A stretch of DNA of 63,825 nucleotides, the filler included, from Thraustochytrium aureum (Eukaryota): the NCBI GenBank assembly GCA_012862495.1. It is 7 parts of 3 records of this genome, joined end to end, with 100 filler letters (N's around TTAATTAATTAA, not from the genome) between each part and the next. Parts side by side here need not be neighbours in the genome. Positions count along the whole stretch, not along the records: positions 40,339 to 50,808 come from BLSG01000060.1; positions 50,909 to 58,394 come from BLSG01000061.1; positions 58,495 to 63,825 come from BLSG01000061.1; 4 more parts are not named here. One strand, given 5' to 3'. The position numbers and the translations under genes are program-made. Each line of letters begins with the position of its first letter. Within the stretch, counting starts at the first letter, position 1. The notes below the pieces were generated by a model, which worked only from the letters and a program-made list of their open reading frames with translations, had not been told where the DNA came from and searched no databases. Below are positions 47,498-60,024 of this stretch, piece by piece.

Positions 47498-47792
47498 AAA
47501 ACAGAAACCTTTTCACCGGCAACTTGTGTCTTGCAGCGGCAGGCGCTCCACTGTCCACGAGCTGGTTCTGCTGGAACGACGCTTGGCTGGGGATTTTGAC
47601 GAGGCTGTAGGGGCTGGTCCTGTTGATTCCCTTCCCGAATAACTGCTCGCCAGGGGCTTTGGTCTGGCACTGGCGGGCAGGCTTGCATTTAGGCCTGGAG
47701 CGCCTGGGTCAAGTTCAACCTTTGGGGGGTAATCTGGGCCAGCACTTGTAGCGCCGCGGTTTGCAAACCTCCAGCGCGCTGGCTTTGCAATG

Positions 47793-47891
47793 TTGTGGCA
47801 GGCCCAACTAGTCCATTGGGTCGGATTGTGGCAGGCCCAACTAGTCCATTGGATCGGATTGTGGCAGGCCCAACTAGTCCATTGGATCGGA
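47793..47891. repeat. 33-bp tandem repeat x3
   Basis: TTGTGGCAGGCCCAACTAGTCCATTGGRTCGGA at 47793, 47826 and 47859. Confidence 0.95.
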
Positions 47892-49307
47892 GGGGCCGTG
47901 CGAGTTGACGGCCCGAATTTGTGGAGGGCCCCATCCAAGACTCGGCGTCTTCAATAGAATTGCTTCCGCAGACTCGACACCGACTTGGACGTCAACGAGC
48001 ACTTCCGTCGTGCCCACAACTTGCCTTTGAGCCGCAGCTGTAGAGTTTAGAGAATCTCCGCGGTTCGCCGTGCGCTCGCCGCGAATTGCGGCAGGTGCAG
48101 TTGGAAAGGGGACAAGGCTTGCAGCCATGACTCTCGTCGGACAGCGCAGAGCGAGGAGCCAAGCGAGCGCCCGTGGATTTGACGAGGAGGATGCAGTTCT
48201 ACACGCTGGCGAGCTCGCTTTGGTGAGGAACTGGTTGGTCGGTCTGCCCGGCATCCGGCATCGGGGCAGCCGACAACTGCAAAGCTTGAGCTCGAGCGCT
48301 ACTTGTGGTAGCGGTCCTGGCCTACGGGTTACGGATGAAATGCCCTGGCTGATTGACAGCAGCAGACTGCCAATTCGCCGATCAGCCAAACCGGGTTACG
48401 AAAAAGGAATTTTGACCTTCCTGGTCACAACTTGGCAGGAGAGCTCCAGCGCACCGCGCACCGCAGCGCCCCTGCGCTGGCAGCACCAGGACGACGAGGG
48501 CTGACCACCCGCTCGCACGGCACCTTGTTGAGAGCTTCGCGAGACCTGCTCGGTTGGTTTGCGATGCGCAGACGTCGAAGGTCCCGACATCCGCCAGCAT
48601 CGTCTCGAGCGGGGCCCTTGCGCTTTGCAGCTCGGCCGTGGGCGAGGGGTAACCGAGCGGGTGCACCGTGTCCGTCGCTCCCTCGCTCGACGCTCGGGAC
48701 ACGGGCGCGGCTGCCGGACTCTGGCGTCTCGCTCAATAGAGGCCAAACGGACTCGCGGCCGCGCTTGCACCAGCCAGCCGAACGTGATCACGAGAGACGA
48801 ACAAAGAACTATTTTTTCCAAACCCCTTGTTGTGCTGAGAAACGCTGCTAGGTGCAGCACACGGCGCACTACCTACATAGCGGCTCTCACCGGCCACAGC
48901 GTGTGCCGTAGGACCCCTTGGCTGGCCAGGGACGCCTTTAAGACCTGTCGGCAAAGTGCGAAAAACGCTCACGCGATGAAACGCTCACGCGGTTGCTCTC
49001 GCGGTTGCTCTCCAGCAACACGCCTAGTAATCGGCGGACTGGCGGGCGTTTCAAGTGAGCCACGTCTGTGCTCGGGCTTGCGATTCGCCCCCTTCCCAGC
49101 CGCCTCCTCCCCCACCACCTCGCTGGCGTGTTTGGCGAAATCTCCCATGTCTTCACGCTCGAAAGGCATTTTTTGGTGTTGCAAGGGGCTTCTATAGCGT
49201 GCTGCGCCGCGGCCCCCGGTGGACGCTTGATAGGCCTACTCCATGGGGCTGCCGTGTTGCTACGCTGCGCTTAAAGGGACTGAGGACGCGACCACCATGA
49301 TCTACCT

Positions 49308-49520
49308 CTGCCATTTCGACCGCCCCTTGTTGTTCGATCACTCTGATCGTCCTCAACAAACCAACCCGGATTCGCTGCAAAAGCCTCAGTCGCGGCGGGA
49401 GCTTCATTCATTTCTTGCTGCCATTTCGACCGCCCCTTGCTGTTCGATCACTCCGAGCGTCCTCAACAAACCAACCCGGATACGCTGGAAAAGCCTCAGT
49501 CGCGGCGGGTGCTACATTCA
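49308..49520. repeat. 110-bp tandem direct repeat x2, slightly diverged
   Basis: CTGCCATTTCGACCGCCCCTTG...CAGTCGCGGCGGG..CATTCA at 49308 and 49418. Confidence 0.92.
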
Positions 49521-49689
49521 ATTCGTGCATTCTCAGCAAGATTCCTCGGCAATGGCTCACAGTTGACCTCGTAAACTGGCCCAGCTCCAGAGAAAAAACT
49601 CGAGCGTCAAAGGGAGCGAAGGCAGACACGGTCGTGAGTGAGGCGCCCGTTAAACTGACTAGCACAAGTTGGAGCCGACGAGCTTCAGA

Positions 49690-50025
49690 GCTAGCTTAGC
49701 GAGCAGCAACGGCAAGCTCACCGGACGACCCCCAGGGCTAGCTTAGCGAGCAGCAACGGCAGGCTTACGAGAGCCACCTATGCAGAATATCCCGTATCTT
49801 GCTTGTAGCGAACTCTAGCGCAGCAATCACCCAAACCACATGGAGTATATCAGCGCCATTTGGTTCACCTTTTCGGGGTTGCGCCTCAAGTCTGTCTTAG
49901 CCTAGCGTAGGAACACCCCAACCACATGGAGAAGACGGAGCAGATCGCCTCCCGTCTCGTTTAGCTCAGCGGAGTAACACCCCAACCACATGGAGTCTCA
50001 TCTCGAATCCTAATCTTTCTTTAGC
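49690..50025. repeat. Array of short direct repeats separated by unique spacers
   Basis: GCTAGCTTAGCGAGCAGCAACGGCA x2 (49690, 49737); (TTAGC..)AGCG.AG.AACACCCCAACCACATGGAG x3, ending at 49845, 49931 and 49995. Confidence 0.8.
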
Positions 50026-50908
50026 GCCCGTACTGTTTGCAAACCGTCTTTCCCGTTGACCCCATGAACCATCATCTCAAATCTTAACTGGCGTTAGTGG
50101 GGAAATCAGGACGAGTGCCCCTTAAGCCACGTTGGAGATTGGCTGGGGAAGGGGTTCACGTTGGGCTCTAAACGACATACGCGAGATACCGCATCGAATC
50201 CTTCACTTCAGCGACAGCTTTCCAAGGTGCAAGGCGAAGTGTGATTCTTGGCGGAGGTTTCCCTTCTCTCCAAACAAAAAGTCTTGGGACATACTAAACC
50301 ATGCCCCCTTTGGTCCCCCAATCATCTGGCACCAGAAGTGGACGTGGCCACCTTATTCGCCGTAGCGCTGTAGGGCGTGGAGGCCAGGGGATGCATAGCC
50401 CGAACAGCGCCGCGCGGAGCAAGCCGAAGCTCAAGCAGCGCGACACAGGTTGCGAACGCCAGCGCGGGCAGCCAGCGGCGACCAACTAGACGCACCGACC
50501 CTTAAGCAACTACCGGTCTCGGCGCCACCTATTGAAGAAATCAGCTGCGTCTCTGCGCTGCGCGAAAAGGCAAAGGCTGTGGTGGCTGGCGCCGCAAGTG
50601 AGCGCGCCGGTAATTCTGACAAACCCTGCAGCAGCGTTGCGACCCCAGCTGCAAGCAGACAAGCAGACATGGAGCTCGCAGCAAGCTGTGACCGAGCGTA
50701 CAGGGACGTTACTTCAGAGGATGTCATCGCAGATGCCCTTGCAACGAACGCAATTCCGCCTGGCAGTGTCCGCGAAGAGAGCCAGCCCAACGACCGCCAC
50801 GCTGACGANNNNNNNNNNNNNNNNNNNNNNNNNNNNNNNNNNNNNNNNNNNNTTAATTAATTAANNNNNNNNNNNNNNNNNNNNNNNNNNNNNNNNNNNN
50901 NNNNNNNN

Positions 50909-53900
50909 TGCAGAGGGTTCGACCCACTCGTCGAGCCGGGCTCAAGCGCAGAGTTGCCTAACAGTCGGCGCGAGGACCCGTCCTGGTTACTTGCAGGCGA
51001 ATCGACCACGGCCCCGTCAGGGCCGACGCGCTGCTTTCTGGACTTGGACTTGCGGTTCTCCTTTTTCCTACTCCACGCCCCGGCCGCCACGTCAACCGCC
51101 CCCACACCGCTGGAGGCGGCTGCCTCCCCATAGCCCGAGAGCGACCCAAGCGGTTGGACGCGGTTGGCATTACGTGGCAGCCGCGCCGGCGCCGGCGGGG
51201 CGCCAGGCCCTGGCGCATCTAGAATGCTCGGCGCTTCTTCACTCTCTGCCTCCTGGCTCGCACTTTCCATTCCGCAATCAAGCGGCTCGCGCCGAGAGCC
51301 CGGCTCCAACGAGCCTCGGCGACGCGAAAGACGCGACCAGTCGCCCCCGAGCTTGGCATCCTGCTCGCGCCGCAGCTGGTCTCTCTTGAGTCGGAGGAAC
51401 AGCTGTCTGAAGAATGGGTCGAGCGGGTGCTCCCACTGGGTCTTTCGCGCTGGGTCCTCTGGCTTCCAATAGTACGTGTCGCCCTTGCCCCCGCGGGACG
51501 CATCTCGAGCTTGCCGCCATCCCGCAGGAAGCGGGGCATACAAGCATTCCTCTGCAAGCCAAAGCCACTCGCGGTCCACATCTGGGTCCATGCCCAAGTA
51601 GACCGCGAACGCGCGAATGTCGTCCTCTGCGGGTGCAAGACGAGAGCGAACTTGCTCGCTCAAGTGCCCCTCGCCGATTCTCCCGTCTCCGTCGACCTCG
51701 CCCCCGGCTGCCCAAGCACCCGAACGCGCAAGCGTTGCAGAGTCGGTCCCAGAACCCCGGGAGGGCGTCTCATTGGCCTCGCCAAACGCAGCCTCGCGCC
51801 ATCGAACTAGCCTCCGCGGCGTGTTCATGCCGCTTGTGCAGTGTTCAACTAGCGATTCCTGCTCAAAGGCCTGGCCGCCCAGCTCTTCGGCGCTCACGCC
51901 GTGCTCAAACTGGCTACGCGCCCAGGCAAGCGCCTGGAGCGCCTCGCGCTTGCGCGCTTCTGCGAAGGCCGCGTCCTCAAACGCACTTGCCTCTGTCTCA
52001 AGGCCCTGGGATTCGAGGCCTCCGTTACGTGGGGTGCTCCAGGCACCGCTGGGCCCGGTATCGCCGACATGCGTGCTAAAGCCAGAGTCCTCGCCTTGAG
52101 CGTGTACCAGTTTGAGCACGAGGCCATCGACCAAGCCACGAGTGTCAAAGCGCACCCTTTCTCCAGTTGCGTCGTACCGACGGACCACGCGATGCAAGTC
52201 CTCCTGGCTCAGCAAGTGCGCAAGGCCCGCATTCCTGAGGGCGCTAAGAACGGCCTTGTCCGAGTCTGCGCCAGCGATGTGGCGAGCTAGCCACGCCTCT
52301 GCCTCCCTTGCGTTGGTGTGGCCTTGCGCTGCGAGCGCCCGTGCAGCCTTCTCGAGCACGTCCGAGGCAAAGTGGGGATCCAAGACAAGTCCTACAAAGT
52401 CGCTGTACGTGATTGCACTTGTGCCAGCGTCGTCGCAAGGCAACATCCTCACGTCCTGGATGACGTCGATCGCCGCAGCGCGGCTCAAATCGTGCCAGCC
52501 AAATCGATGGCTAGCAATGGTGCACAGGCAAGCCGCATCCATGCCCAGCTCGAGTGGGCCCCCAACCAGGTCCTGATACAAGTCGCGGAGATCATCCCCG
52601 AGGCCCCAATCGCACGCTTCTCTGCGAAAGAAGAACCGCAAGAGCTCCGTGTCCCGCCACCGGCGAAATTGGGGTCTTGCTTCGTGGACGAGTTGGATGG
52701 CGCTTACCGTGCCGTCGAGGCGACCAGGAAACCCTGCCGCCAAGGCCTTGCNNNNNNNNNNNNNNNNNNNNNNNNNNNNNNNNNNNNNNNNNNNNNNNNN
52801 NNNNNNNNNNNNNNNNNNNNNNNNNNNNNNNNNNNNNNNNNNNNNNNNNNNNNNNNNNNNNNNNNNNNNNNNNNNNNNNNNNNNNNNNNNNNNNNNNNNN
52901 NNNNNNNNNNNNNNNNNNNNNNNNNNNNNNNNNNNNNNNNNNNNNNNNNNNNNNNNNNNNNNNNNNNNNNNNNNNNNNNNNNNNNNNNNNNNNNNNNNNN
53001 NNNNNNNNNNNNNNNNNNNNNNNNNNNNNNNNNNNNNNNNNNNNNNNNNNNNNNNNNNNNNNNNNNNNNNNNNNNNNNNNNNNNNNNNNNNNNNNNNNNN
53101 NNNNNNNNNNNNNNNNNNNNNNNNNNNNNNNNNNNNNNNNNNNNNNNNNNNNNNNNNNNNNNNNNNNNNNNNNNNNNNNNNNNNNNNNNNNNNNNNNNNN
53201 NNNNNNNNNNNNNNNNNNNNNNNNNNNNNNNNNNNNNNNNNNNNNNNNNNNNNNNNNNNNNNNNNNNNNNNNNNNNNNNNNNNNNNNNNNNNNNNNNNNN
53301 NNNNNNNNNNNNNNNNNNNNNNNNNNNNNNNNNNNNNNNNNNNNNNNNNNNNNNNNNNNNNNNNNNNNCTCGCCGCTGCTCGACGCACCATCGTCCTTTG
53401 CCTCGGGTTTCTTCGCATCGATTTGCTCCGCGGGGCTGTCAAGGCCAGCAAACCAGTCCTCGGACCCTGCCGGGCTTGCTGGACGTTCCGGGTTTGGGCC
53501 CGACGCCGCCGTTTCCTCACTTTTCCGGTCACCTCCCAATTTGAACTGCTCAAGGCGGAGGCGGCTTACGGCCTCGTCAAAGTCCTTGTCATCTAGACCA
53601 CAATCTGCCGCGTGTGCGGGGTCGTGCGGCTCCGAGCTGGCGTCAACGAGCCGTGGTTCGTCGAATGAGTCCGCGTCGAGCAAACCAAGTGCGCCGTCGA
53701 TATCGCCGCCTGCTCCGTCCTCGCACCTGATATTTGCGGCCTTTGCTTCTTGAGCGGCTTCGATCTCCTCCCCTCCTTGCTCGCGGGCAGTTTCTGCACC
53801 GATCTCCTCCCTCCCTCGCTGGTGGGCAGTTTCGCTGACGCGGCTGTTTCCTTCCTTCGATGCGCCGTCGGCTGGAGTTTTGGACGGCTCGCTGTGCCGG

Positions 53901-54525
53901 AAGCGGCCAGCGTCGCCTCATGATTGCGAGCGGGCGATCCTTTGGGCGAGAGAAGTCTGGACCTGCCGGCCGCTGACAAGTTGCTTGGCGAACCCGGCGA
54001 TACAGGGGACCCAGGGCTTGCAAGGGGATCGACAGCGCCGGCATGCCCTGGACGTTTGCCCCAGCTCGCAACTGAGCTTCCTCCGAGCGCTTGAAGGGTG
54101 GAGGACCCGAGCGCGGCCCACTCGGCACCGCCTTCGTCGACCTCGATGGCGGATCGCGGTTCGTGTTGCGACAACTGGGGACCGGTAGCCGAGCTGCCGC
54201 CGCGGGGTGTTAGCGGCCGGTCCTGAGCAGCGCCGCGCGGGCGCCGTTTCCTGCGATCGATAGGGACTTACAGCAGAAGCCTCGCGCCGGTTTTGCGAAG
54301 CGCAGAGAGCCGCTCTGTGCGAGCTTGGCCAGGCGACTTGGGCGACCCTGGGGACTTTGGCGAAGTTGGCGGCGACCCAAGCGCGGGCGCGCGGTCGCGG
54401 GAGGGCGATGACCCGCGCGAGGCCGGCCGAGCCGCTGGACCGTCAGGCGTCAACGCTGACCGCCCGGTGCGGACGGTCAAGCCGCCTGAGGACGCACGGC
54501 GGGGCGATCCGTCTGTTGCGTCCAT
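50909..54525 (-). CDS. Large protein with a Ser/Pro-rich N-terminus, EF-hand-like remnants and a CEP164-type WW domain; intron 54194-54271, gap, frameshift; both ends uncertain
   Basis: PAEDDIRAFAVYLGMDPDVDREWLWLAEECLYAPLPAGW...YYW...TQWEHPLDPFFRQL; a GTAAGT..GCTAAC..GCAG intron joins ORF 54268-54525 to 53593-54174 in frame. Confidence 0.75.
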
Positions 54526-55757
54526 CGGGCTGCTGGCACTGCGATTTGGCAGGGCAAACGAAGCCTGCTGTTGGCACCGTCGGGGGGCGCCGCACCGCCG
54601 AGGGGCTAGCGGCGTTGCCGATTCTGCAGGCGCGCCCGCGCACGAACGCTCAATCAGATGCAGGAGGCGCTGTCGCTGTGTCGCTGCCGACTAGTAGCGC
54701 GTGCCCTTCGTTCTGTCCTGGCCCAACTTGGCCGTTACAACCCAAAACTCGGATTCGGAAAGCAGCTACTCTACCTACTCAATCAAGTAGAACAACTGCT
54801 CGATGGACCTCGAGCGCAGGATCCCGTTCCTGCCACCCCTTGCCTCACCCGGGCGGGGCAGGTTGCCCGCGCCGCGGAGATTCGCGAAACTGACGTGTCT
54901 CGCTCTCCGGCAAGACCTTCCACCCTTCGCGATCGATGTGACTGGGGCACGCAAGCTTCAGCCGGCTGCTGCTCCACCAGGAGGTTGCTTGGTGCAACTA
55001 TTTCGATCCGCGGGTGAGCGGTCGTCAACAAGTACGTTTGTCACGGACGTTTCGTGTCAGCGTCGCAAGGCCCTTTACTCTTCAAGCTCTTCGCCATCTT
55101 CGGACTATTGGTTGTCTGTCCGGTTCCTGCAGGACGGGTTGTTGGGCTCTTCAGCACGCGGCCCCCGTCGCGCGCAGAGGTGTTCCGTCTCTGGCTGCCC
55201 AAGAAGGCACCTAGCGCCTTTCTGCAGCCGAGGCAACACTTTTGGATCAATCAAGATCATCAACTTGAAACTCTCGGTTTCCTCCGCACGGCCTCCGGNN
55301 NNNNNNNNNNNNNNNNNNNNNNNNNNNNNNNNNNNNNNNNNNNNNNNNNNNNNNNNNNNNNNNNNNNNNNNNNNNNNNNNNNNNNNNNNNNNNNNNNNNN
55401 NNNNNNNNNNNNNNNNNNNNNNNNNNNNNNNNNNNNNNNNNNNNNNNNNNNNNNNNNNNNNNNNNNNNNNNNNNNNNNNNNNNNNNNNNNNNNNNNNNNN
55501 NNNNNNNNNNNNNNNNNNNNNNNNNNNNNNNNNNNNNNNNNNNNNNNNNNNNNNNNNNNNNNNNNNNNNNNNNNNNNNNNNNNNNNNNNNNNNNNNNNNN
55601 NNNNNNNNNNNNNNNNNNNNNNNNNNNNNNNNNNNNNNNNNNNNNNNNNNNNNNNNNNNNNNNNNNNNNNNNNNNNNNNNNNNNNNNNNNNNNNNNNNNN
55701 NNNNNNNNNNNNNNNNNNNNNNNNNNNNNNNNNCCTCCGGTTTCCCGATGAGAGGTG

Positions 55758-56669
55758 CTAGCGGGGGTCGCTGATCGCCCAAAACCCGAGGCGCTTCAAG
55801 TTGGCCACCTTTGCGTCGTGGCCCGTGACGTAATTGGTATGGAACACAAGGACATTCTCCGGGTGCGCGACCACGTCTGCGCGGTTGATGCTGATCCCGT
55901 TTGCAAAGTTGGCGCTTGGCAGCTTGGCGTGGATCACTTGCGATTTGTACAGTATCGTGTGGAAGATGTCCTGGTTGTGCTGAGGCGTCTCCAGCAACTT
56001 GGCCTCCCAAGCTTCGATCAGCGCAATCGTTCGCTCGTTATTCTCGAGCCACAACAGCCCAGTGCAGTAATACGTTTTGCCGTTGCGAACCCCATCAGAG
56101 GCTGCCAGGAGGTCAGCGTGGTCTACCGCGGCACGCTCTGCGAGGTGCGGGATTGGGTCGCGCAGCCACACACTGTCTGTGTCCGAATACAGCACACGGC
56201 TACCTCGGCGCAGTTCCGCGAGGATCAGCGTTGCCCGTCCGGAAACCATTTCCTTGTACTTGCTCGTATTGTAATCCAGCGCGCCGCTTCCGTCCAGCAG
56301 CCCGCTCCGCCGAACATCAATCTCTGGCCGGCCTAGCCCGCGCAAGAGCCTTTCGCCCTCTTCGTCCTCGGCGACCACGACCAGCTTGCCGCGTGTGGTG
56401 CTGCATCTGTCAAAGTAGAATAGCCAGTTCTGAAACATGTCCCAGAAGGCGCTGTTCATCGACAACAGCACGACCAGCTCCGGCGCCCTGTCAGGCCGAC
56501 CGTCGGCCAGCATCCCTCCAGCCGGCCTCAGCACGCTCGCCCCAATGCTGGCCATCCTGTCGCCACCGCCGCTTCCGCGCAGGCCCGTGAGCCCGTCCAG
56601 CGCGAACCACCAGACCACGAGGTAGGTGGCGAGTCCGGCGAACAGCAGCCACACCACGTTGGAGCCCAT
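55758..56669 (-). CDS. Nucleotide-diphospho-sugar transferase (GT77-like) type II membrane glycosyltransferase
   Basis: N-terminal TM; VLYSDTDSVWLRDP (DxD); CTGLLWL; HNQDIF; LPSANFANG; VFHTNYVTG..AK. Confidence 0.88.
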   Translation of the reverse strand: MGSNVVWLLFAGLATYLVVWWFALDGLTGLRGSGGGDRMASIGASVLRPAGGMLADGRPDRAPELVVLLSMNSAFWDMFQNWLFYFDRCSTTRGKLVVVAEDEEGERLLRGLGRPEIDVRRSGLLDGSGALDYNTSKYKEMVSGRATLILAELRRGSRVLYSDTDSVWLRDPIPHLAERAAVDHADLLAASDGVRNGKTYYCTGLLWLENNERTIALIEAWEAKLLETPQHNQDIFHTILYKSQVIHAKLPSANFANGISINRADVVAHPENVLVFHTNYVTGHDAKVANLKRLGFWAISDPR

Positions 56670-57394
56670 CCAGCCCACGAGAGCGAAACCGAGCCGCGAC
56701 AGCGACACCGAGCCAGGGCGCGCGCCCACGGCAGCGAAGCCGAGCCAAGGCGCCTGGGGCGCAGGCCAAGCCGTGCGACGCGTTTGGGCGCGCACTGCGT
56801 CACGCCGCGCTGCACGTCAAGCGACTGCCTCTTGAACCTTGACCGCCACAAGGACTCGACTTGCTCGCGAAATGTGGCGCCGCGCCTCCCCGACGCAAAG
56901 GTCCGCCCTTCAAATATGAGCAGCGCGCCACTTTACTCCACAAAAACCAACATAGTGGAAGCCGCGCACTCCAACAAATAAAAAATCGTCGTCTAGAGGA
57001 TAACTCGAGGCTCCTCTGACACGCAGCAGCAGCTCTGCAGGCCGCCTCGAGCGTTCTTCGAGGACGCCTGGCCCAACTCTAGAGGATAATTCGAGCACGC
57101 CTTCACTCTGCCCNNNNNNNNNNNNNNNNNNNNNNNNNNNNNNNNNNNNNNNNNNNNNNNNNNNNNNNNNNNNNNNNNNNNNNNNNNNNNNNNNNNNNNN
57201 NNNNNNNNNNNNNNNNNNNNNNNNNNNNNNNNNNNNNNNNNNNNNNNNNNNNNNNNNNNNNNNNNNNNNNNNNNNNNNNNNNNNNNNNNNNNNNNNNNNN
57301 NNNNNNNNNNNNNNNNNNNNNNNNNNNNNNNNNNNNNNNNNNNNNNNNNNNNNNNNNNNNNNNNNNNNNNNNNNNNNNNNNNNNNNNNNNNNNA

Positions 57395-59993
57395 GTTTTT
57401 GGTCGAGGGACTCACGAAGAAGGGGTATGCGGCTGGCAGCGGCGAGGTGGAGCAGCTGGTGGGGCTGTATGGGCGAGACGCGGCCGTGTTTGCGGTGGCC
57501 TGCTTGCTCAAGGAGGTCGATGTGAAGGCGCTCGCGCAACTTGCCGCGGCGGAGGGACAGGGGGACAAAGCTGCAAAGGGGCAGCTGGCGACCTCGCTGG
57601 TGGGCAAGCTGTGGAGCGAGGACGAGGCGGCGTTTGGCATCGCCATGCGGCGTGCGCTCGAGGGCGCTGTGACCCTCGCCGTCCAGGAAGAGGCCGCGGG
57701 CGCAGCGCAGCCGCCGACGTCGGGCGGAAATAAAACGAGCAAGGGCGGCGGTGCGGGCCAGCAGCACGAGGCGCGGGCGGAGCGCCTCACGTCGATCAAC
57801 GCGGTCCAGGTCGAGCTGATCTGCCGCAAAGTCCTGCACCTCGGAACTGCTCAGCAGCTGGCTGTCGCCGTCGGCCTGTCGCAAAGCATCGACAACGGCG
57901 CCTCCGACGAAGGCGCCAAGTTTCTGGCCGCCGTGCTGTTCGGCCTGACAGACACCACCGACAAGGACGTCAAGGCCTCGCTCATCAGCGAGGTTATGGG
58001 CGTCCTTCGCAGCCACGGCGTGTTCCGCACCGATACGGAGCTCGGCAACAGCTGCGTCGTCGCGCTTGAGGCCGCGCTGCCCGCCGCCTTCGAGACGATC
58101 GAGGTGGCCCCGTTCCTCGTCTCTGACGCGCTCTGCGTGGACGTGCTGGAGGACAGCGAGGCCGCAGGTGCCGACCTGGACGCCGCGGCAATATCGACCG
58201 CGTCGGTAATCGAGGCGCTCGGCGTTGCCGGGATCATGGAAGACCTAGGCACCTCGTGCACGGCCAGCACCGAGGCGCTCAAGAGCGTGCTCGAGCCGCT
58301 GTGCCGCGACCGCGGAGCCAAGCTTGGCGACGCGGACGTTGCTGACGTTCTCGCCATGATGGCGCGCACACAGACTGCGCTCGCGACGGCGAGCNNNNNN
58401 NNNNNNNNNNNNNNNNNNNNNNNNNNNNNNNNNNNNNNTTAATTAATTAANNNNNNNNNNNNNNNNNNNNNNNNNNNNNNNNNNNNNNNNNNNNGGCCAA
58501 CTGCCGCTCGGCAACACAGGGTCCCCTGCGGCCCCGCCAGAGTACGTCGAGCAAAGGGCAAACGCCTACCTGCAGATGATTTACAAGTCGCAAAAGGCCA
58601 CGAGCGAAATCGTGGAAATGCTCAAGGGACTCAAGAACGCCTCAGACAAGGTCGAGCGCGACGTTTTCGACTGCATGGTGCACAATCTGCTGGACGAGTA
58701 CCGGTTTTTGCACAAGTACCCGGAGAAGGAGCTTCAGATCACCGCCGTGCTTTTCGGCTCCCTGATCCAACACCAGCTGCTCAGCAGCATGGCGCTCGGC
58801 ATCGCGCTGAGGTACGTGCTCGAGGCCCTTCGCAAGCCGGCCCTGTCGCCCATGTTTCGGTTCGGGGTCGTTGCTCTTGGCCACATAAAGGACCGCCTCA
58901 ACGAGTGGCCGCAGACCGCGCAGCAGGTAGTCAAGATCGAGCAGCTGCGCGAACACAACCCCGACTTGGTGCGCGCAATCGAGGCCAAAATCAACCTGCC
59001 CACAGGCTCTCGGTTCCCCGAGCCTGTTTCCGAAGGTTCCGGCTCGGCGCCAGTGCCCGCGGGGCTTCCGCCCCCCGCGTTCGCCTCCTCCACTCTAGCG
59101 CCCAAGGGCCCCCTGGAGCCGTATCCGCTGCGCGGAACAGAGCGCACGGACGAGACGTATGCTGCGGTGTGCGCGACTCTCGACGAGCTCATCGGGGGAC
59201 CGCGCAATTTGGGCGACTCGGTGGAGCCGCCCAGTAGCGAGGTCGAGGACAAGATCACCTTTGTCATCAACAACCTGACCCAGCGCAACATGGACGAAAA
59301 GGTCGCGCAAGCGCACCAAGCGCTAAAGCCGGAGCACTACAGGTGGGTCGCCTACTACCTTGTTGCCAAGCGCGTTTCCACGCAGGCAAACTTCCACTCG
59401 GTGTACATGGCGTTCCTCGACAAACTGGGCGACAAGGCGCTCCTGGAGGAGGTGCGCTTTCGCACGCTCTTCACTGTCCGCAAGCTCTTGCGTAGCAACG
59501 ACATCGTCTCGAGCACGACGGAGCGCTCGCTGCTGAAAAACCTTGGCTCTTGGCTCGGCCGCCTCACGCTGGCGAAGAACAAGCCTCTCCTCCACCGCGA
59601 GGTTGACCTCAAGGGCCTCCTCTTCGACGGGTACGAGCGCGGCTGGCTCATCGCAGTGGTACCTTTCGCGGCCAAGGTCCTCGAAGGAAGCCGCAACTCT
59701 GCAGTCTTCAAGGCCACCAACCCCTGGGTCATGGGCTTGCTCGCGGCCATGTCAGAGCTGTACTACCTCGAGGACCTCAAACTCAACCTCAAGTTCGAAA
59801 TCGAGGTACTCTGCAAGAACCTCTCCGTCGACCTCAAGGCTGTGTCGGCCAGCAACTTGCTGCGCTATCGCCGCAAGCCAAAGCTTGAAGGCAACCCGGA
59901 CTTTAATGTCAAGCCTGCAGAAGCTGCCAAGAGGATGCACGCGCCCCCGTCACCGGGCTTGCGCGTCCAGCGCGGACCAGGGCAGCAACACAT

Positions 59994-60024
<31 letters not shown>

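Noticed and set aside
49690..50025. True CRISPR array
   Set aside because: Eukaryotic context, only three full and imperfect repeats, irregular spacer lengths and no cas genes; kept only as an unexplained repeat array
34925..56669. P4H plus GT77 as a clustered hydroxyproline-glycosylation pathway
   Set aside because: About 19 kb apart and separated by two linkers and unrelated genes; biochemically plausible but no positional support
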